A stretch of 64,000 nucleotides of DNA from a virus (Duplodnaviria; Caudoviricetes): positions 64,001 through 128,000 of the IMG/VR virus record IMGVR_UViG_3300020576_003495, one strand, 5' to 3'. Within the stretch, counting starts at the first letter, position 1. The number at the start of each line of letters is the position of its first letter. The position numbers and the translations under genes are program-made. Below the pieces are notes generated by a model, which worked only from the letters and a program-made list of their open reading frames with translations, did not search any database and was not told the DNA's origin. Below are positions 59,333 through 64,000 of this stretch, piece after piece.

Positions 59333-59398
59333 TGCGTGGTGTATGGTTACCGTTACTTCTATCTTAGTGAAATCACACGGTTACCGCTTGTTCCCGCA
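59333..59398 (+). ncRNA. short Y-RNA-like hairpin
   Basis: GTGGTGT...CTTGTTCC terminal stem shared with 58926-59052. Confidence 0.55.
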
Positions 59399-59407
59399 TT
59401 TATTTAT

Positions 59408-59484
59408 TGCTTGTTAGCTCAGTCCGGCAGAGCATTGTCTTGATAAGGCACAGGTCGTCGGTTCAAATCCGACACAAGCAACCA
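59408..59484 (+). tRNA. tRNA-Ile(GAT)
   Basis: Loop TTGATAA; CCA. Confidence 0.9.
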
Positions 59485-59488
59485 AGTT

Positions 59489-59551
59489 TCGGTGGTGTTG
59501 GTTAGTCGTTCTTCTTTCGGTGAAAAATCCGACTAGCTGTTTGTTCCCCGA
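59489..59551 (+). ncRNA. short Y-RNA-like hairpin
   Basis: GTGGTGT...TTTGTTCC terminal stem. Confidence 0.55.
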
Positions 59552-59611
59552 TTAATTTCCCCAGTCTTAGTGGCGGGATGGTCTTAGGTATTTATACCCA
59601 CAGGAGTCAAC

Positions 59612-60112
59612 ATGTCCCCCGAACAGAAACAAGCCACATCCGAAGGTATTGAGAATGCTTTAGCTAGCGTACCCCCCGAGATTGTTGATGAAGCCCTACG
59701 CTTCTGGTATGCCTACGCAAAACTCCATTATCGTTTTACATCGGCACAAGTCCTCGTTTCTTTCCTTGCTCGCAAGGGCACAACACCCGGAAATGGCAAG
59801 GGTTGGCGGGATTGTTGGGGGTCGATTTGCGTGAAAGCCAAAAAGCAAGGCATCATGCAAAAAGTGGGGATCATGGTCACCACTGAGAAGCATACCCACA
59901 TGGGTCACGGTGCGTACTGGCAGTCCAAGGTTTATGAAGGTGGGGATGAGCAGTATCGAAACAGCCCCGAGCAGGATTTGAAGCGTGCGCTGTACATGCG
60001 CTGGCTCAAGAAGGATTATGAGAATCTGCGTGACTACACGGATGACGTGTTTTCGATGGGGGTCAAGTTTGCCCTTGAGAACAAAGAGTACGTTGCGGGG
60101 ATAAAAATTTAA
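59612..60112 (+). CDS. hypothetical protein within the tRNA array
   Basis: AGGAG RBS. Confidence 0.6.
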   Translation: MSPEQKQATSEGIENALASVPPEIVDEALRFWYAYAKLHYRFTSAQVLVSFLARKGTTPGNGKGWRDCWGSICVKAKKQGIMQKVGIMVTTEKHTHMGHGAYWQSKVYEGGDEQYRNSPEQDLKRALYMRWLKKDYENLRDYTDDVFSMGVKFALENKEYVAGIKI

Positions 60113-60148
60113 CTGTGTGTGCTAACGTACAGACAGGTAGTTTCAACT

Positions 60149-60223
60149 GTGTCCCTGACAGAGAGGCCGATGTGCAGGATTGCAAACCCTGATAGCCCGG
60201 TTCAATTCCGGGGGGACACTCCA
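60149..60223 (+). tRNA. tRNA-Cys(GCA)
   Basis: Loop TTGCAAA; U73; CCA. Confidence 0.9.
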
Positions 60224-60381
60224 AGTTACGTAGCATCACGGAAGGAACGTGCGTGGCCCACGAGGTCGATGGGGTACGGTCAGTTTTCATGTGGGGGTCG
60301 ACGCCCTAACATGCAAAGCTTAATGCTGTGCTGACAAGAAGGTGAGCAGGGCGCAACCCTGTAAGACCTTCCTACGTATTT

Positions 60382-60459
60382 GCGCTCTGAGCTAGTCTGG
60401 TGATTCAGCGACAGTTTGAAGAACTGTAGAACTAGGTTCGATTCCTAGAGGGTGCACCA
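60382..60459 (+). tRNA. tRNA-Phe(GAA)
   Basis: ACAGT-TTGAAGA-ACTGT. Confidence 0.88.
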
Positions 60460-60478
60460 AGATTACTGTATAGTCGAG

Positions 60479-60553
60479 TGGGGTGATATGCAATGGATGC
60501 ATACTTGGCTTTGAACCAAGGTTAGTCAGGTTCGATTCCTACCACCCCTTCCA
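60479..60553 (+). tRNA. tRNA-Gln(TTG)
   Basis: CTTGG-CTTTGAA-CCAAG. Confidence 0.85.
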
Positions 60554-60559
60554 GTTTTT

Positions 60560-60643
60560 AGAGAGATGAGCTTTGGAAGCAAACTATCTTGGAAAGGTAG
60601 TCCATCCGAAAGGGTGACAGTTCGATTCTGTATCTCTCTGCCA
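60560..60643 (+). tRNA. tRNA-Ser(GGA)
   Basis: Loop TTGGAAA, long variable arm. Confidence 0.85.
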
Positions 60644-60651
60644 TGTTTTAA

Positions 60652-60739
60652 GGTTAGGTGCGCGAGTGGCTAAAGCGTCTTGTTTGCTAAACAATGAGTC
60701 CGAAAGGGCACTAGGGTTCGAACCCCTACCTAACCGCCA
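60652..60739 (+). tRNA. tRNA-Ser(GCT)
   Basis: Loop TTGCTAA, long variable arm. Confidence 0.88.
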
Positions 60740-60745
60740 TGTTAC

Positions 60746-60822
60746 GCCGGGTTGACGGAATTGGCATACGTGCAAGTTTCAAAAACTTGATCTTGCGGGT
60801 TCGACTCCCGCACCCGGCACCA
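60746..60822 (+). tRNA. tRNA-Leu(CAA), short variable loop
   Basis: CAAGT-TTCAAAA-ACTTG. Confidence 0.88.
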
Positions 60823-60828
60823 AGTTTT

Positions 60829-60905
60829 GCCCTTGTGGTGGAATAGGCATACACACGCGCTTGAGGGGTGCGGTTCTGTCGGTTCGAGTCCGACCAAGGG
60901 TACCA
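60829..60905 (+). tRNA. tRNA-Leu(GAG), short variable loop
   Basis: CGCGC-TTGAGGG-GTGCG. Confidence 0.88.
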
Positions 60906-60911
60906 GTCTAT

Positions 60912-60982
60912 GCCCTCACTATCGAATAGCATCAGGTTTCCTAAACCAGATTGTGACAGTTAAACTCTGTCTGAGGGCACCA
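60912..60982 (+). tRNA. tRNA-Arg(CCT), reduced D-arm
   Basis: Loop TTCCTAA; GCCCTCA/TGAGGGC; CCA. Confidence 0.75.
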
Positions 60983-60983
60983 T

Positions 60984-61054
60984 ACCCCGACTGTGGGACA
61001 GATTTTGGCCTTCTAAGCCAAAAATGGGAGGTTCGAAACCTTCTCGGGGTGCCA
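60984..61054 (+). tRNA. tRNA-Arg(TCT), reduced D-arm
   Basis: TTGGC-CTTCTAA-GCCAA; CCA. Confidence 0.78.
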
Positions 61055-61060
61055 AGTTTT

Positions 61061-61134
61061 GCGGATGTAGCTTAGTGATAAAGCGCTTGTTTGCCAAGCA
61101 AGATACGCGAGTTTGATTCTCGTCTTCCGCTCCA
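61061..61134 (+). tRNA. tRNA-Gly(GCC)
   Basis: Loop TTGCCAA; U73. Confidence 0.9.
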
Positions 61135-61140
61135 AGTTTC

Positions 61141-61215
61141 GCCCTTGTAGCACAGTGGCAGTGCACTCGCTTGGTAAGCGAGAGGTCGTGGGTTCGATTC
61201 CGACCAAGGGCACCA
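61141..61215 (+). tRNA. tRNA-Thr(GGT)
   Basis: CTCGC-TTGGTAA-GCGAG. Confidence 0.9.
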
Positions 61216-61221
61216 AGTTTC

Positions 61222-61296
61222 GCCCTTTTAGCGCAGTGATAGAGCAATCGTTTCGTAAGCGATAGGTCGTCTGTTTGATTCAGACAAGGGGCACCA
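61222..61296 (+). tRNA. tRNA-Thr(CGT)
   Basis: ATCGT-TTCGTAA-GCGAT. Confidence 0.88.
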
Positions 61297-61306
61297 GAGT
61301 TTTAAT

Positions 61307-61383
61307 GGGACGTTAGCTCAGTCGGTAGTAGCACTCGCCTCTTAAGCGATAGGTCGTCAGTTCGATCCTGACACGTCCTACCA
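61307..61383 (+). tRNA. tRNA-Lys(CTT)
   Basis: Loop CTCTTAA. Confidence 0.9.
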
Positions 61384-61445
61384 TCACATACTCCTTGACA
61401 AACTGTGGGGATTGGATTATCATTACTCCATAGTCAATCAACGGA

Positions 61446-61745
61446 GTGATGATCATGTGGAATATAGTAATCGAAGGTAGTCAGGAAGTGTACGTTCGCC
61501 ATAATAATGAAATCGTGGCCCGGTTCAAGTACGCATCCCCCAAGGCCAGTGCCAAGCATTTTGTGAAGTTTCTGAAGGCGAACTACAGCCCCGAAGAATA
61601 CTTTGCCAAGCGCAAGTTGGGCATCCCGCCTTTGCGTATCCTTCATCAAAAGGGGTACGTCAGCTACAACGTTGAACGTGCCGACAAGGAAGCTATTGCG
61701 GGGGCTAAGAAGGTTTGGGCGATGTATGATCGTCTGAGTTTTTAA
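61446..61745 (+). CDS. hypothetical protein within the tRNA array
   Basis: Own TTGACA-N17-TATCAT promoter; GGAG RBS. Confidence 0.6.
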   Translation: MMIMWNIVIEGSQEVYVRHNNEIVARFKYASPKASAKHFVKFLKANYSPEEYFAKRKLGIPPLRILHQKGYVSYNVERADKEAIAGAKKVWAMYDRLSF

Positions 61746-61751
61746 AGTTTC

Positions 61752-62087
61752 GGTGTTCGTAGAGGGTGGGCTTAGAAGCAGCCATCCCTTAAAGAGTAGG
61801 ACAAGTGCTGTATGCAGGTACACATAGGCAGTTTAAGGGCATAGTTAACTGGCCGAAAAGTTCAATAGGGTTTGTGTGGATTCTTAGAACGGCTTGGGGT
61901 CTGGACTCCAAGTACCAATCGAAAGACGAAGCAAATCACGCCAAGGCAGTCTCGCAAACTGCTGAAGGAATGGGGGTTGCACCCACTGAGAGCGAATGGC
62001 ATACAGAGCCACACGGCAAGTATCAATGGAAGGCAGAGATGCTAAATCCAACGATTCCTTTTAGCGTAGTAGCACACTACGAACACC
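61752..62087 (+). ncRNA. 23S uL11-binding-domain-mimic ncRNA, copy 2
   Basis: GGTGTTCGTAG/CTACGAACACC closing stem; H43 and H44 motifs; paralogous insert. Confidence 0.8.
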
Positions 62088-62146
62088 ACCCATTTTTAGG
62101 AGATTTATCATGCGTTCAGAAGAAAGTGACAAACGCCCCGAATAAT

Positions 62147-62221
62147 GGGCGTGTAATTCAATTGGGAGAATCACCGGCTTTTACCCGGTTTACCAGAGTT
62201 CAAATCTCTGCGCGCCTACCA
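62147..62221 (+). tRNA. tRNA-Lys(TTT)
   Basis: ACCGG-CTTTTAC-CCGGT. Confidence 0.85.
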
Positions 62222-62239
62222 GTTGCAAGTAATTTCAAT

Positions 62240-62272
62240 GGTGATTGAAGAGCAAATTGGCCGCGCCAGCAG
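62240..62272 (+). pseudogene. 5' half of a disrupted tRNA-His
   Basis: D-arm AGAGCAAATTGGCCGCGCC resembles that of the downstream tRNA-His. Confidence 0.6.
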
Positions 62273-62285
62273 CCATAGTTTCAAT

Positions 62286-62374
62286 GGAGTCGTAAGAGCA
62301 AAGAGGACGCGCCACACGGCTGTGAACCGTGTCTCGAAAGAGGTTAGTGGGTTCAAGCCCCACACGACTCCCCA
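62286..62374 (+). tRNA. tRNA-His(GTG) with a long variable arm
   Basis: G-1:C73; CACGG-CTGTGAA-CCGTG; CTC-GAAA-GAG extra arm. Confidence 0.85.
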
Positions 62375-62496
62375 ACTGCATCAAAGGCTTTAACGGAAGC
62401 TACTAATTAGCGCACGGGTGTTCCAGTTTTTCTTGTAGTCGTAGCTGTAACGGTAAAAAGTCTCGTATGATTAAGCTATGCGAGGCGGGTAACAAT

Positions 62497-62573
62497 GCTG
62501 GTGTCGTCTAATGGACTAGGACATTTGACCTTCAATCAAAGCAATGTGGGTTCGACTCCCATCGCCAGCGCCA
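62497..62573 (+). tRNA. tRNA-Glu(TTC)
   Basis: TTTGA-CCTTCAA-TCAAA (C33). Confidence 0.85.
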
Positions 62574-62608
62574 TTACTTAGTAAGAAATCTTTGTTGACC
62601 GATACCGT

Positions 62609-62646
62609 TCAAGGTGAGGCGGGTTTGACTCCCGTACCGGATACCA
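62609..62646 (+). pseudogene. orphan tRNA 3' half
   Basis: GCGGGTTTGACTCCCGT T-arm, acceptor strand, CCA. Confidence 0.65.
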
Positions 62647-62655
62647 AGTTTCAAT

Positions 62656-62687
62656 TCCGCAGAATCCAAGCAAGGTGCAAGGACTTG
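62656..62687 (+). pseudogene. 5' half of a disrupted tRNA (Asn-like)
   Basis: TCCGCAG acceptor strand (Asn-type TCC start) plus D-arm. Confidence 0.55.
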
Positions 62688-62714
62688 TCGGAAAGTGGGT
62701 GCAAAAAGATCAAT

Positions 62715-62803
62715 TCCCCGGTACTCTAATGGTAAGAGGCGATACTGTTAATATCGTGTAGTCGGCCTAGCGCCGTATAGAAGTTCGAGTCTTCTCTGGG
62801 GAG
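62715..62803 (+). tRNA. tRNA-Asn(GTT) with a long variable arm, no CCA
   Basis: CGATA-CTGTTAA-TATCG; G73. Confidence 0.85.
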
Positions 62804-62808
62804 CACGT

Positions 62809-63216
62809 ATGAAGAATGGTGAGTATACTTTAGTCATAGCGCCTGAAGGGTATCCGGGCAAGAGGTACCGTGGTCGCTACTGCTATGAACATCATTTGGT
62901 TTGGTGGTTGAATACAGGTGAAGTCGTACTTGCTGGCGAGTTGATTCACCACAAAGATGAGGACAAGCGCAATAACGTTTTCCTTAACCTTGAGAAAATG
63001 TCAAAGACTTCTCATGATGCACACCACAGTAACCTACCGATTAAGTCGCCTGTTCTGGTGTCTCTTTTTTGTTTTTGGTGCGGTTCTGCTTTCACCTTGA
63101 GGAAGCATGTTTACGTGTGCAGGGTTAGAGCTAACGGGCATGCTGATGTGTGTTGTGGAAGGTCGTGCCAAGTCAAGAAGCAGCAGCATGACAAAAAAGT
63201 TAAAAAGGAAAATTAA
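62809..63216 (+). CDS. HNH homing endonuclease (paralogue of 56941..57417)
   Basis: AP..YPG..Y...EHHLVWW...HHKDEDKRNN..NLE. Confidence 0.85.
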   Translation: MKNGEYTLVIAPEGYPGKRYRGRYCYEHHLVWWLNTGEVVLAGELIHHKDEDKRNNVFLNLEKMSKTSHDAHHSNLPIKSPVLVSLFCFWCGSAFTLRKHVYVCRVRANGHADVCCGRSCQVKKQQHDKKVKKEN

Positions 63217-63290
63217 GCTATCAGGGTATAGCCTCTGCCTCGAAAACAGAAGGTTCCGAAAGGGATGAGTTTCGATTACTCAATTTTCCA
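63207..63290 (+). tRNA. tRNA-Ser(CGA), divergent, no CCA
   Basis: GGAAAAT/ATTTTCC; loop CTCGAAA; long variable arm. Confidence 0.7.
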
Positions 63291-63341
63291 CACTAAAACT
63301 GTTCGACTTCTGCTAAAATATTATTTTTGTGGAGTCGAACC

Positions 63342-63866
63342 ATGCGGATAAGTAAAAAACAAATAGCTAGGTTTTGGTCTAACGTGCAGAAAACAGATAG
63401 CTGTTGGCTTTGGTTGCGGCAACCAAATAATAAAGGCTACGGTAAGGTAACTATAAGGCCGAATAGTCAAGAGCGTGTAATGCTATTGGCACACAGGCTA
63501 GCTTGGCTTCTAGTTAAAGGTGAAATACCAGATGGGTTATTTGTCCTACACAAGTGCGATACTCCCTTGTGTTGCAATCCCGAACACTTATTCCTTGGAA
63601 CTCAACAAGATAACATGGGTGATATGTGGGCTAAGGGGCGCAGTCGACTGCATGAGTTCAGGCACTTGGGGACGATTGCTGCACATACTGAAGTGGCTAC
63701 GCAAAAGCGGAAAGATACGTTTATTGCCATTGAACACCAGAAGGGTAAGCGCAACTCGCAGTTTGGGTCTTTTTGGATTACCGATGGTAAAGTTAATAAG
63801 AAGTGGCGTTCTGAGTTGGGCTGTATCCCCTCTGGTTTTTTTAAAGGACGTAGTAAATTTTTTTAA
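63342..63866 (+). CDS. HNH homing endonuclease
   Basis: FW..V.K..SCW.W, AHR.AW, VLHKCD...CCNPEHL..GT..DN. Confidence 0.9.
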   Translation: MRISKKQIARFWSNVQKTDSCWLWLRQPNNKGYGKVTIRPNSQERVMLLAHRLAWLLVKGEIPDGLFVLHKCDTPLCCNPEHLFLGTQQDNMGDMWAKGRSRLHEFRHLGTIAAHTEVATQKRKDTFIAIEHQKGKRNSQFGSFWITDGKVNKKWRSELGCIPSGFFKGRSKFF

Positions 63867-63871
63867 GTTTT

Positions 63872-63959
63872 GGAAACGTGGCAGAGTGGTCAATTGCACC
63901 GGCTTTGAATACCGGCAGTCCGAAAGGGCACGTGCGTTCGAATCGCACCGTTTCCGCCA
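63872..63959 (+). tRNA. tRNA-Ser(TGA)
   Basis: Loop TTTGAAT, long variable arm, CCA. Confidence 0.9.
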
Positions 63960-64000
63960 TAAATTATTAGAATGTCCCCCCCTAGTGTAGAGTGTTAAAG

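Noticed and set aside
14672-61400. Recurrent CTTGACAAA as a novel repeat
   Set aside because: Explained as -35 boxes of sigma70-type early promoters with correctly spaced -10 boxes.
57969-62087. True 23S rRNA genes or host contamination
   Set aside because: Only the ~55-nt H43/H44 domain matches. It is split by non-rRNA sequence, closed by private stems and embedded in a phage tRNA array.
61805-62248. 147-aa ORF, and similar ORFs over the tRNA array (e.g. 55641, 56507, 58797, 60827)
   Set aside because: These overlie ncRNA/tRNA genes without an RBS, and the frame is not preserved in the paralogous RNA copy.
1-64000. CRISPR array or Cas locus (given the Cas4-like gene)
   Set aside because: No regularly spaced repeats seen; the nuclease is a stand-alone phage recombination exonuclease.
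1-64000. Stop-codon reassignment
   Set aside because: Genes are intact in the standard code, TAG and TGA both end genes, and I found no suppressor tRNA.

Overview
A 64-kb slice of a large tailed-phage genome (Gram-negative host, judged from the Rz/Rz1 spanins), almost all on the + strand. Order: virion/tail-fibre genes (1-12.1 kb); lysis cassette (12.2-14.7 kb); early and replication genes, including a bL12 C-terminal-domain protein, AAA ATPase, initiator-like protein, DnaC-like, DnaB, primase, SSB, an intein-containing SF2 helicase, RecA, resolvase and exonuclease (14.7-32.9 kb); a small tRNA/HNH cluster (32.9-34.3 kb); putative head-packaged effectors (kinase, 1920-aa ADP-ribosyltransferase, zeta-toxin-like) sharing an N-terminal motif (34.4-47.1 kb); accessory genes; and a dense RNA island (54.9-64 kb). 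I read 29 tRNA genes in the window (19 amino acids, no Val). The most notable observations: (1) two ~340-nt paralogous ncRNAs that carry the 23S rRNA uL11-binding domain (H43/H44) split by a conserved ~250-nt structured insert; (2) homing-endonuclease cassettes that break a tRNA gene, or in one case a protein gene, and carry a diverged replacement copy; (3) a 42-codon leader peptide containing all 20 amino acids within a classic attenuator upstream of the tRNA array; (4) Y-RNA-like genes, including a permuted tRNA mimic; (5) a dispersed 15-bp near-palindromic motif. All calls were made by eye; no database searches were run.
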